Below are positions 49,053 through 57,902 of a stretch of 64,000 nt of DNA, one piece after another. How positions within the stretch are numbered: the first letter of the stretch is position 1; every line of letters begins with the position of its first letter. The stretch is from Acidobacteriota bacterium. Lineage in GTDB: Bacteria; Acidobacteriota; UBA6911; RPQK01; JAJDTT01. The translations under genes were made by a program, and so were the position numbers. Location: contig OZ242374.1 in NCBI GenBank assembly GCA_965209055.1, positions 672,001 through 736,000 on the forward strand, given 5' to 3'. Below the pieces are notes generated by a model. It saw only the letters and a list, made by a program, of their open reading frames with translations. It was not told where the DNA came from and searched no databases.

Positions 49053-50870
49053 TTACTTGCCGCTTCGTTTTTTCATTGCAGCCAGGGCCTCCCGAGCGGC
49101 TTCGGCCTCCCGGGACATGCCCAGTTGACGGTACGCGTCCACCAGGACGGCAAGGGCCTGCATCGCCGTCGCCGAGGATCGTTCCAGCCGCACCACCTCT
49201 TTCAGGTGGATCACGGCATCCTTCCGCCGGCCCGCTTCCAAATAGGCTCGGGCGGCAATCTGGTGCGCCCGTGATTTCCCGCCTCTCATTCCGGCCAAGA
49301 GTTGTGCCCGCCGCCAGAGCGCATCCGGGTCGGGGAGTTGAGCGTATGCGAGAAGAAGAGCCCGGTTCGCATCCGGAGTGTCTTTCGGAGCCTGGCGGAG
49401 ATGGCTCTCCAGTTCCTTGGCAGCCTCCTGGTACCGGCCCAACGCCAGCAGAGTGAGTCCCAGCCAGTAGTTCAACTGAGGCGTGCCGGGGGCCAGCTCC
49501 CTTGCCTTTTGCAACGAGGACAGCGCGCCTTCGAATTGAGACGTGAGATAGAGGTCCATGCCCAGGAAATAGTGGGCCGTCGCCAGTCTGGGGTCCAGGC
49601 GGATGGCGGTCCGAAGCCGTGCGATCGCTGCCTCCAATCGATTCCCATCATGCAGAAGCAGTCCCAGATTCATCTGTGCTTCCGCGAAACCGGGTGCTAC
49701 CCGGACGACCTCGAGGTAAGCTGCTTCCGCTTCGGCGTGGTTCCCTTGTTTGTGGGCTTCGACCCCTAGACGAAACGTCTGGAAGACGGGACTGTTCGAT
49801 TCCAGGCGCCGTACCTCGTCGGAGCCGGTATCTCGAATCAACAGGCCTTCCGTGGGTCTCGCCTCCGCCTGCCGCAGTTCCTCAGATTTTTGAAGTTCCA
49901 CTCGTGCCTTCTCAGTCTCTCCTGTCCGGTTGTACAAGAGGCCCAGGGTGTAGTGGGCCTGGCGGTAATTCGGGTCAAGACGAATGCTGTGCTGCAACAG
50001 TCCTTCTGCTTCCTGGAACCTGCCGTCCTTCAGAGCCAGGCGGCCCAGGGCTGCATGAGCATGGGAATGATTTGGGCGCAGGTCCACGATCTCGCGATAA
50101 ATCTCTTCCGCCTTCCCCAAATCTCCTTCGCTCTCGCGGATCTTGGCCAGGTAGAACCTGGAACTGGCTGAAGTGGGAACCAGGTCGAGGCTTCGTCGAA
50201 GATGCTTCGCAGCCTCCTCGGTTCGTCCCGCCTGGAACAAGTAGTACCCGAGAGAGAAGTGGGTCTGACCGCTGGAGTCTCTCGCCACGGCTTGCTCCAG
50301 AACGTCCAGGGCGCCCTTGACGTCGCCTCTCGCGTGGAGACAAGCTGCCAGCAGGGGGGCGTGCGGCTGGTCCAGTCGGTCCGGGTCCTGAATCCGGCGG
50401 AGAGCCTGGATCGCTTCCTGGTAGAGGCCTCTCCCGTACGCCTCTTCCGCCAGTTCATACAGGACGGGGTCCGTGGCCGCCCCTTTCAGGGCCCTGAAGA
50501 AATAGGGGTCCGACTCCTCGGGAGGGCCGGTCTTCTGCTTGGCCCGCCAGATCCAGAAAAGAGCCTCACCAGAGTCGGGGACCCGTTTCAGAGCGTTCTC
50601 CAAGGGACCGGCTGCTTCGCCGTGCCGACCGGACTCGACCAGGGTCTTCCCCAGCAGAATGAGCGCGCCGGCGTTCTCCGGCTCCTGTGTCAGCAGGTGT
50701 TCGAGAACCGATCGAGCCTGGGAAAAGTCTCCCCGTGCCAGCGCCGTGCGGGCCTCGTCCAAGCGGTCACTCGGGGGCGGCGGGGAAGGGAGGGCGCGCT
50801 GCCCCGGCCAGAGCAGGAGTCCGGCCAGAATCAAAAAGGAAGAGACTTGACGAACCGAAAGGTCTGGCAT
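49053..50870 (-). CDS. Secreted TPR-repeat protein
   Basis: Signal peptide and many TPR units; divergent from the CRTAC1 gene. Confidence 0.88.
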   Translation of the reverse strand: MPDLSVRQVSSFLILAGLLLWPGQRALPSPPPPSDRLDEARTALARGDFSQARSVLEHLLTQEPENAGALILLGKTLVESGRHGEAAGPLENALKRVPDSGEALFWIWRAKQKTGPPEESDPYFFRALKGAATDPVLYELAEEAYGRGLYQEAIQALRRIQDPDRLDQPHAPLLAACLHARGDVKGALDVLEQAVARDSSGQTHFSLGYYLFQAGRTEEAAKHLRRSLDLVPTSASSRFYLAKIRESEGDLGKAEEIYREIVDLRPNHSHAHAALGRLALKDGRFQEAEGLLQHSIRLDPNYRQAHYTLGLLYNRTGETEKARVELQKSEELRQAEARPTEGLLIRDTGSDEVRRLESNSPVFQTFRLGVEAHKQGNHAEAEAAYLEVVRVAPGFAEAQMNLGLLLHDGNRLEAAIARLRTAIRLDPRLATAHYFLGMDLYLTSQFEGALSSLQKARELAPGTPQLNYWLGLTLLALGRYQEAAKELESHLRQAPKDTPDANRALLLAYAQLPDPDALWRRAQLLAGMRGGKSRAHQIAARAYLEAGRRKDAVIHLKEVVRLERSSATAMQALAVLVDAYRQLGMSREAEAAREALAAMKKRSGK

Positions 50871-51000
50871 CCTTTAACGTGGCGGTCCGGGCCAGTCTAC
50901 TACGGGGGCGCGGTCCATCCCACCGGACGCCGGGAAATCCGGGGCCGGTTATCATAGCGACGGCCGGGGCCGGCGGGGGACCGGCGAAAGCGAGCTTCCC

Positions 51001-52701
51001 ATGTTACTGGTCCGCACCTGGACACTCGCGATCCTGATCCTGTTCACCAGCGCAGGAAATCCCCTCCTCGCCGGAGAGGGCTCTTCTCCCGGCTGGCCGA
51101 TGTTCGTCGACGTTTCGGAGAGCGCCGGAGTCCCGTTTGTTCACCGTGCATCCGCCACCCCCAAGAAGTTCCTGATGGAGACCATGGGTTCGGGGGTCGC
51201 GCTGCTGGATTACGATGGGGACGGGCTCCTGGACATCTACCTGCTGAACGGGGCCAGGCTGACCGCCGGCATGGTCCCGGGATCGACTCCGGAAAAGTCC
51301 ACGCCCGACTACTGGAACCGGCTCTACAGAAACAACGGAAGCGGGAGATTCAGCGATGCCACCGAAGAGGCCGGAGTCAGCGGACGCGGCTATTCCATGG
51401 GTGTCGCGGTGGGGGACTACGACAACGACGGCCGTCCCGATCTTTACGTCACCAACTACCCCTCGAACCAGCTTTTCCGCAACCAGGGCGGCGGGACCTT
51501 CCGCGAGGTGACCGGGACCGCCGGCGTCAGCGGCGGCGGCTGGTCCAGCAGCGCCGGATTCTTCGACTACGACGGCGACGGAGACTTGGACCTGTTCGTC
51601 TGCCGCTACATGCAGTGGGACTTCGACGACATCTACTGCGGCCGTTCCGAGTTGCGCGCGTACTGCGACCCCACGCGCTTTCCCGCCATTTCCAACCTGC
51701 TCTATCGGAACGACGGCGGCGGGACCTTTACCGACGTGACGCGGAGCAGCGGCATCGGAAACCATCCGAGCAAGGGTCTGGGCGCCGCCTTCAACGACTT
51801 CGACCGGGACGGCCGGCCGGACATCGTCGTGGCAAACGACGGCGTGCCGCAATCATTCTTCCTGAATCAGGGGAACGGCGCCTTTCGGGAGGAAGCCCTG
51901 CTCAAGGGACTGGCTTTCGACGAAGACGGAAACACCTTCGCCGGGATGGGCATCGACTTCCAGGACTACGACCGGGACGGCTGGCCAGACGTACTGATCA
52001 CGACCCTCTCGCTGGAGACCTACGCCCTGTTTCGCAATCTCTCGGGACGGGCCTTCGACTACGTTTCGAAACGCTCCGGCGTGGCCGTGGCCACCCGGCC
52101 TTACTCGGGCTGGGGAACCTTCTTCTTCGACGCCGACAACGACGGCCGGAAGGACATTTTCGTCGCTCAGGGGCACGTCATGGACACCATCGAGTCCACC
52201 AATTCGACACTGAGCTACCTCCAGCCGCCCCTGCTGCTCAGGAACTCGGACGATGTCTTCATTGACTTTTCGCCCGGAAGCGGCCGCCCCTTTGGAGACC
52301 CCCATGCCGGCCGGGGAGCCGCCTTCGGCGACCTGGACAACGACGGCGACCTGGACCTGGTGGTTGTCAACATGGACCGGCGGGTCCAGATACTCCGTAA
52401 CGAAACCACTGGCGCCAATTGGATCAGCTTCCGCTTGAAGGGCCGCCGCTCGAACTCCGAAGGGATCGGCGCGGAGATCCGGATCACGCTGGACTCGGGA
52501 GAGCGTCAGTTCGCCCGCGTCTCCCGGGTCTCCAGCTACCTCTCCTCCAACGACGTGCGCTGCCACTTCGGGTTGGCGGAACATTCATCCATCCTGGAAG
52601 TCCGCGTCACCTGGCCCAGCGGAATCGTGCAGACGCTCCCATCGGTCGGCGCGAATCAGTTCCTGGAGATCCAGGAGCCGGAGGATCGAGGCCAGGAGTA
52701 G
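51001..52701 (+). CDS. CRTAC1 family protein (FG-GAP + ASPIC/UnbV)
   Basis: ETMGSG, DYDNDG repeats, GRGAAFGDLDNDGD, SYLSSND, VTWPSG. Confidence 0.93.
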   Translation: MLLVRTWTLAILILFTSAGNPLLAGEGSSPGWPMFVDVSESAGVPFVHRASATPKKFLMETMGSGVALLDYDGDGLLDIYLLNGARLTAGMVPGSTPEKSTPDYWNRLYRNNGSGRFSDATEEAGVSGRGYSMGVAVGDYDNDGRPDLYVTNYPSNQLFRNQGGGTFREVTGTAGVSGGGWSSSAGFFDYDGDGDLDLFVCRYMQWDFDDIYCGRSELRAYCDPTRFPAISNLLYRNDGGGTFTDVTRSSGIGNHPSKGLGAAFNDFDRDGRPDIVVANDGVPQSFFLNQGNGAFREEALLKGLAFDEDGNTFAGMGIDFQDYDRDGWPDVLITTLSLETYALFRNLSGRAFDYVSKRSGVAVATRPYSGWGTFFFDADNDGRKDIFVAQGHVMDTIESTNSTLSYLQPPLLLRNSDDVFIDFSPGSGRPFGDPHAGRGAAFGDLDNDGDLDLVVVNMDRRVQILRNETTGANWISFRLKGRRSNSEGIGAEIRITLDSGERQFARVSRVSSYLSSNDVRCHFGLAEHSSILEVRVTWPSGIVQTLPSVGANQFLEIQEPEDRGQE

Positions 52702-52710
52702 CTTGCGGGG

Positions 52711-52736
52711 TCGGGAGGGGGGCGCCCCCCTCCCGA
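52711..52736. terminator. Perfect 26-bp palindrome between convergent genes (bidirectional terminator or REP variant)
   Basis: TCGGGAGGGGGGCGCCCCCCTCCCGA is self-complementary; no U-tract. Confidence 0.6.
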
Positions 52737-52780
52737 ACTCCCATGGGCGGATGTGAGGAAACGGGATTGGGAGACCAGTG

Positions 52781-55294
52781 TTAGTGGAATCGCAACCCGT
52801 AGCTCACCCTGACGCCGCGGCCCATCTCCGTAATCCGATCTTTGATGAACGACGTGTGGTTCCGATACAGCTTGTTGGTCACGTTGTTGACCGTGAACGA
52901 CACGATGTGAGCCGTGCGCTCCCGCGGCCAGATATATGACCCCCGCAGATCGACCAGGGTGTAGCCGTCCGTTGAGGTCTCGCCGCGGTAGACTTCGCCC
53001 TGCCTGGCCGTGAACACAAACCGCGGATTCAGGGTGAATCCGCGATACGGCAAGTCGAAGCTCAACGTGCCGCGAAAGGGCGGAATACGCGGCAGCGCTT
53101 CGCCGGTCCCCGTCAGATTCGCGTCGACGCGCCCGAGGCCAAGCGTGGCCCAGGCCCTTCCGGCGAACCGGATGCTGCCCTTCGCGTCGAATCCGACAAA
53201 GCGGCTGTCGCCCTGCAGGACGTCGAACACCGGCAGGTTGTCGATCACTTCGCCGCTGCGGTTTCCGAAGATGAAGTTTCCGATGTCGTACACGAAGAAG
53301 TTCAGTTCGCCGCGGACGCGATCTCTCCGGTGCCTCAGGCTCACGTCGAGGCCGAGGGTGGACTCGGGGTCGAGATCCGGGTTGCCGATGTCGAAGGAGA
53401 GGGTGCCGACGTGGGGGCCGAAGTTGTACATCTCCTCGATGGCCGGAGCGCGGTGTGAACGGGTCAGGTTGGCGACCAGGGTGTTGCCGCCGCCGAGTCG
53501 CGTATGAAGTCCGACCGACGCCGACGCCCCCACGAAATCGCGGTCACGCGGGTCGGGCGCCACGACCGGAGGGTGCTCGTCGCCGTGGTCGTCATGGTGC
53601 TCGTCGTCGTGCTCGTCACCGTGGTCGTCGTGGTCCTCGTCGCCGTGCTCGTCGTCGTGCTCTTCGCCATGCTCGTCGTGGTGCTCGTCGCCGTGTTCGT
53701 CGTCGTGCTCTTCGCCATGCTCGTCGTCATGCGCATGGCCGCCGGTTCGCTCCGCCACCTGGTAGCTGTCCCGATCGATCCGTCCGCCGAACTGCAGGCG
53801 AAATCGCCCCAGGCTCAGCTCTTGGTAGGCGAAGGCCGCGAACGACCCCAGATCGGTCCGCGGCGCCAGCGCCTCGAAGCCTGCGGCCTCGAAGTCGCGT
53901 ACGCGGGCCCAAGCGCCGAACCTCCCCGACAGACGGCCTGTCTGCCGCTGGAAAACGTCGGCGCGGGCGATAAACGTGCGGTTTTCGTAAACGGTGCCGA
54001 CGCGTTCGCTGCCGCCCTCGATCTCCAGTTCGTTGTGGTTCCAGTCGATGAGGTTCAGGCTGAATTGCACCCCCTCGACGACGGGGGTGGCCAGATTCTG
54101 GAAACCGAAGTCGACGTGCAGCCCGCGACGCTGCCAGTCGAGCGCGATATCGGTCTCCCCGTGTTCGTCGTCCTCGTGTCCGCCGGACTCCTCCTCGTGG
54201 TGGTCGTCCTCGTGCCCGCCGTGCTCCTCTCCGTGGCCGTGGTGAGAGTGGAGTTCGCCGGCGACAGGCACTCCGTAGCGGCCGTCGTTCAGCGTCACGC
54301 CGGCGCTGGCGAAGAGCCGGTCGCCCGACCAGCCGACACCGGCCCGCGCGTTTCTTGACTCGGTTGCCGAGTTCTCGACGGTCCCCGCGGGGCTTGCGTA
54401 ATCGCCGGTGCGCCGCTGGCTGCCGCCGGCCCAGAAATGGACGCCGTTCCGCGCGTGCTGCAGTCCGAAGTTGGCGCCTGCCTGCCCGTTTGCACTTCCC
54501 AGATCGGCGCCCATCTGCGACCGCGTGCCATCGAAGAGCGACTCGCGATAGCTTGCGTGCGGCGAGATCACGTTGACGAGCCCTCCGACCGCGTTCGAGC
54601 CGTACAACAATGTCGCCGGCCCGCGCACGATTTCGATTCGCTCTGCGCCGTAGGGATCGACCGCGACGCCATGGTCAGCCGACTCGCCCGACAGGTCGCC
54701 GGTACGAATCCCGTCCTGCAGGATCAGCACCCGGTCACCGTCGAACCCGCGGATGATCGGCCGGTTCGCTCCGGGCCCGAAGTTGCGGACCGCGATGCCC
54801 GGTTCGCGCTCGAGCGCAACGGCAAGATCGCCGGCCGACTCTCGAATGACATCGAACGCATGGGCCGTCGACACCGCGTTGAACGCCTCGAGCGCCGTCT
54901 CGGTTCCGCCCGGCGAGGCCGTCACGGTCACCTCTTCCTGCAAGGGCGAAAGGCTTAGCACGAAGTTCGCCGTCGCCGTCCCGCCGGGCTCGACGATCAC
55001 CGTCTGCCGGCCCGCGCTCAGATGCTCCCGCTGCGCGAGGATCTCGTACTCGCCGGCGGGCACGTCGTCAACCTTGAACCTTCCCCGTTTGTCGGTCAGC
55101 ACGGAAGCGCCGGAACCGACGACGACGATCACCGCGCCGCGGATGAAGTCCCCGTTCTCCTCCAGCGTCACCGTTCCGCGCACGGTGCCGGTTTCGTTGG
55201 CCAGCAGCGGCGTTCTGCCGCCGGCGGCCACCACGGCCGCCACAAGACATGTCAAAATTGCTCGGAATATCTTTCCCACTCCCTTTCGGTACAT
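52781..55294 (-). CDS. TonB-dependent outer-membrane receptor, ZnuD-like, with two His/Asp/Glu-rich inserts
   Basis: Signal peptide from ATG 55294; carboxypeptidase-regulatory-like N-domain; FGPGANRPIIRG, DHGV, IEIVRGPATLLYGSNAVGG, NHTSFIKD; C-terminal YGLRFH. Confidence 0.92.
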   Translation of the reverse strand: MYRKGVGKIFRAILTCLVAAVVAAGGRTPLLANETGTVRGTVTLEENGDFIRGAVIVVVGSGASVLTDKRGRFKVDDVPAGEYEILAQREHLSAGRQTVIVEPGGTATANFVLSLSPLQEEVTVTASPGGTETALEAFNAVSTAHAFDVIRESAGDLAVALEREPGIAVRNFGPGANRPIIRGFDGDRVLILQDGIRTGDLSGESADHGVAVDPYGAERIEIVRGPATLLYGSNAVGGLVNVISPHASYRESLFDGTRSQMGADLGSANGQAGANFGLQHARNGVHFWAGGSQRRTGDYASPAGTVENSATESRNARAGVGWSGDRLFASAGVTLNDGRYGVPVAGELHSHHGHGEEHGGHEDDHHEEESGGHEDDEHGETDIALDWQRRGLHVDFGFQNLATPVVEGVQFSLNLIDWNHNELEIEGGSERVGTVYENRTFIARADVFQRQTGRLSGRFGAWARVRDFEAAGFEALAPRTDLGSFAAFAYQELSLGRFRLQFGGRIDRDSYQVAERTGGHAHDDEHGEEHDDEHGDEHHDEHGEEHDDEHGDEDHDDHGDEHDDEHHDDHGDEHPPVVAPDPRDRDFVGASASVGLHTRLGGGNTLVANLTRSHRAPAIEEMYNFGPHVGTLSFDIGNPDLDPESTLGLDVSLRHRRDRVRGELNFFVYDIGNFIFGNRSGEVIDNLPVFDVLQGDSRFVGFDAKGSIRFAGRAWATLGLGRVDANLTGTGEALPRIPPFRGTLSFDLPYRGFTLNPRFVFTARQGEVYRGETSTDGYTLVDLRGSYIWPRERTAHIVSFTVNNVTNKLYRNHTSFIKDRITEMGRGVRVSYGLRFH
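53573..53737 (-). repeat. Coding tandem repeat (about 24 nt; HDDEHG[E/D]E) inside the receptor gene
   Basis: Translation HAHDDEHGEEHDDEHGDEHHDEHGEEHDDEHGDEDHDDHGDEHDDEHHDDHGDEH. Confidence 0.9.
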
Positions 55295-55539
55295 CTTTCC
55301 TGTTCCCTTCCTGAGTTCCAACGGTTCACTGATCCGCCACCGTCGTGAATGGAAACCGCGTGGGACCTGCCATACCGCCGGACCCCGGGGAGAATTCCTC
55401 CAGGGGACACCGGAAGTCGCGGGCCCGCGCGGCGCCCGGAAAGACATCGGTCGCGCGGGGCGCATTTGCATGCTCCACCGATACGGGCGGTGTCGCCGGC
55501 GATGGCGGTACCAAAGGCGAACTAAACGTGTAATGGGAA
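55295..55539 (-). promoter_or_regulatory. Structured 245-nt leader between the RAPP uORF and the receptor gene
   Basis: Minus strand: pyrimidine-rich stretch after the stop, long-range TACCGCC/GGCGGTA pairing, ATCGGT/ACCGAT and CCCTGGAGGAATTCTCCCCGGGG hairpins. Confidence 0.5.
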
Positions 55540-55848
55540 CTAGGCGGGGGGTGCGCGGGCGGAGAGGCTGCGGAAATGACCGGATGAGATCCATCCGCCG
55601 TCGCCAGTCTGCTCCAGCGGCGCCGAAACGTCCGAGAAACCGATCTGCAAGGATCCGGAAAGTTCGGCGGCGGGCTGGTGCCTGAGCTGGCAGGCCACGC
55701 AGTCGTGGCCGGCTGCGTGCTCGTCGTGGCAGATGGCCCCAGCGAATGCGGCACCGGCGACTGCCAGTGTCAGGATGACGATCCAGGCGCGCCAGACGGA
55801 GCCACGTCGTGCGGGCCCGGTGTGCGTGGATCCTCTACGAGGCATCAT
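55540..55848 (-). CDS. DUF2946/CruR-like leader protein with His-rich CxxC and C-terminal RAPP arrest motif
   Basis: Hydrophobic signal/TM segment, CHDEHAAGHDCVAC, low-complexity spacer, ends SARAPPA-stop; directly upstream of a metal TonB receptor. Confidence 0.82.
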   Translation of the reverse strand: MMPRRGSTHTGPARRGSVWRAWIVILTLAVAGAAFAGAICHDEHAAGHDCVACQLRHQPAAELSGSLQIGFSDVSAPLEQTGDGGWISSGHFRSLSARAPPA

Positions 55849-55956
55849 CCTCCGAGGTTAGCACAGTAGCGGTAGCATCTTCTTGAAGTGCTGTAAAATT
55901 CCCGACTGCCGTCCCGGTGATGAGAAGCTGGGGCTCGCTCAATCCAGAATGGGGTT

Positions 55957-56478
55957 TCAACGCAATCGCCTGTAATGGATCTCCAGCCCCTTGGTTTTTG
56001 CCTCCGGGGTCTCGTAATACATTTCGATCGAATGGTGATCCGGGTCGATCAGGGTGATGACGGAACTCTTGACCATGGATTGTCCGGTGATCGGATCGGT
56101 CATCTCTCCGGTCAAGGTCCAAACCGATCCGGATTCGTCGACCTGGCCGTGCTCGAACTGCATGACGGTCGAGCCGGTGTCGATCCAGAATCCCTCCCAA
56201 CGCTGGTCGGTCTTGTTGTATCCCCAGTAGCCCCGCCCGGCGAAGCTGGGAAAGGGACCCTCAACGTCATCACCCTGGTAGGTCTGCCGCAGAAAGCGTC
56301 CCCCCAGGTCCATGCTGTTGGTCATGACGCCGGTGGTGACCATGGGTTCGCCCGGACCCATCCAGATCTTGACCTCGGCTGTAAACTTGCCGACAAATGC
56401 CTCCAACCGAGTGTGCTCCTCATTCGGAGCGGCCAGGGCGGCAAAGTCGATGGGAGTTTGGTCAGCACCAGTGCTCAT
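55957..56478 (-). CDS. DUF1579 family protein
   Basis: GGAGG RBS; P.EEH..L..FVG.F, LGGRFL, F.GRGYWGYN....WE..WID. Confidence 0.85.
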   Translation of the reverse strand: MSTGADQTPIDFAALAAPNEEHTRLEAFVGKFTAEVKIWMGPGEPMVTTGVMTNSMDLGGRFLRQTYQGDDVEGPFPSFAGRGYWGYNKTDQRWEGFWIDTGSTVMQFEHGQVDESGSVWTLTGEMTDPITGQSMVKSSVITLIDPDHHSIEMYYETPEAKTKGLEIHYRRLR

Positions 56479-56500
56479 AAAGCCTCCAGAGAAAACGACG

Positions 56501-56578
56501 GGAGGGGCGATTTCCAACGCCCGGCCTTCGTCGCCAATTTGTCACATCGGAGTTCGGCGGTTAGGAAACCGCGGCTCC
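56501..56578 (-). repeat. 78-bp REPIN-like element
   Basis: Reverse complement aligns end to end with 39202-39280, including the spacer. Confidence 0.85.
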
Positions 56579-56645
56579 GCGGACACGGTGAGAATAGGTC
56601 AGACTCGATTGCAGCACAATACGTGTAGCCTAACGCGGTTCCAAA

Positions 56646-57872
56646 ATGACCGGAAGTCCAAGAGAGTCACTGAGGCCAACCCGGCGTCGAGAACGGATCC
56701 CCTCGCTGGATCTGCTGCGCGGGTTCGCCCTCTTGGGAATTCTGATCATCAACATCCAGGTTTTTTCGATGATTTCGGCCGCCTACCTCAACCCCACGGC
56801 CTATGGGGATCTGAGCGGTGTCAATGGCTGGGTCTACGTCTTGAGCCACGTGCTGGCCGACCAGAAGTTCATGACGCTGTTCACGATCCTCTATGGCGCC
56901 GGCATCGTGTTGATGACGTCACGGGCGGAAGCCCGCGGGGCAAGCTCAGCGGCCGTTCACTATCGCAGGACGTTCATTCTGTTGGTGGTCGGGCTCCTGC
57001 ACGCCTATCTGCTGTGGGCCGGCGACGTGCTGGTTTCCTACGCCCTCTGCGCGTTGGTGGTCTTCCCGTTTCGCAAACTGTCCCCCAGGACCCTCCTGAC
57101 ACTGGGCCTGGGGAGCGTGCTGATCGCGTCCGCCATTTTTCTGTTCACCGGTCTGTCTTTGGGATATATCCCGCCCGACGCGATCGCCGAAATGATGGAC
57201 AACTGGAAGCCGTCGGCGGAACTGGTCCAAGAGGAGGTGACGGCTTACCGGTCGGGGTGGTTGAACCAGATGGAGGAGCGAGTCGGCACGGCGCTCTTCC
57301 TGCAAACCAAGGGGTTTCTGTTGTGGGGGCTCTGGCGAGTCGCGGGACTGATGCTGGTGGGGATGGCGCTTTTCAAGTGGGGAGTCCTGACGGCCGCCCG
57401 CTCACGCCGTTTCTACTTCGGTCTGGCCGCGGCAGGCCTGACACTGGGGTGGGCCCTGGCGAGTTACGGACTGGTTCGAAATTTTTCCAGAAACTGGTCG
57501 CTGGACTGCCAGTTCATCGGCAGTCAGTACAATTACTGGGGGAGCGTTCTGGTGAGCCTGGGCTATCTCAGCCTGGTGATGTTGATTTGCAAATCAGATC
57601 TGGCTGGGCGCCTCTTGCAGTCCATCTCGGCGGTCGGACGTACCGCATTGAGCAACTACCTGCTGCAGACTCTCCTCTGCACCACGCTGTTTTACGGACA
57701 CGGTTTCGGACTCTTCGGCAGCGTCGAGAGGACGGGGCAGGTGGCAATTGTCCTGGCGGTCTGGATCGTTCAGCTCATTGCTTCTTCCTGGTGGGTCAAA
57801 CGGTTTCGATACGGGCCTGTGGAATGGGTCTGGCGCACCCTGACCTATGGGAAGCTCCAGCCCGTCCGATAG
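56646..57872 (+). CDS. DUF418 (YeiB-like) membrane protein
   Basis: RIPSLDLLRGFALLGIL, KF..LF..LYGAG, W.GD.L..YA, VGRTALSNYLLQT, GP.EW.WR.LTY. Confidence 0.92.
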   Translation: MTGSPRESLRPTRRRERIPSLDLLRGFALLGILIINIQVFSMISAAYLNPTAYGDLSGVNGWVYVLSHVLADQKFMTLFTILYGAGIVLMTSRAEARGASSAAVHYRRTFILLVVGLLHAYLLWAGDVLVSYALCALVVFPFRKLSPRTLLTLGLGSVLIASAIFLFTGLSLGYIPPDAIAEMMDNWKPSAELVQEEVTAYRSGWLNQMEERVGTALFLQTKGFLLWGLWRVAGLMLVGMALFKWGVLTAARSRRFYFGLAAAGLTLGWALASYGLVRNFSRNWSLDCQFIGSQYNYWGSVLVSLGYLSLVMLICKSDLAGRLLQSISAVGRTALSNYLLQTLLCTTLFYGHGFGLFGSVERTGQVAIVLAVWIVQLIASSWWVKRFRYGPVEWVWRTLTYGKLQPVR

Positions 57873-57902
57873 GGGCCGATTCCCGGATCGGCGGGACTCC
57901 GT

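Noticed and set aside
55295-55594. 100-aa N-terminal extension of the TonB receptor in the ORF track
   Set aside because: Overlaps the RAPP uORF and is Arg/Pro-rich; the signal peptide begins at ATG 55294
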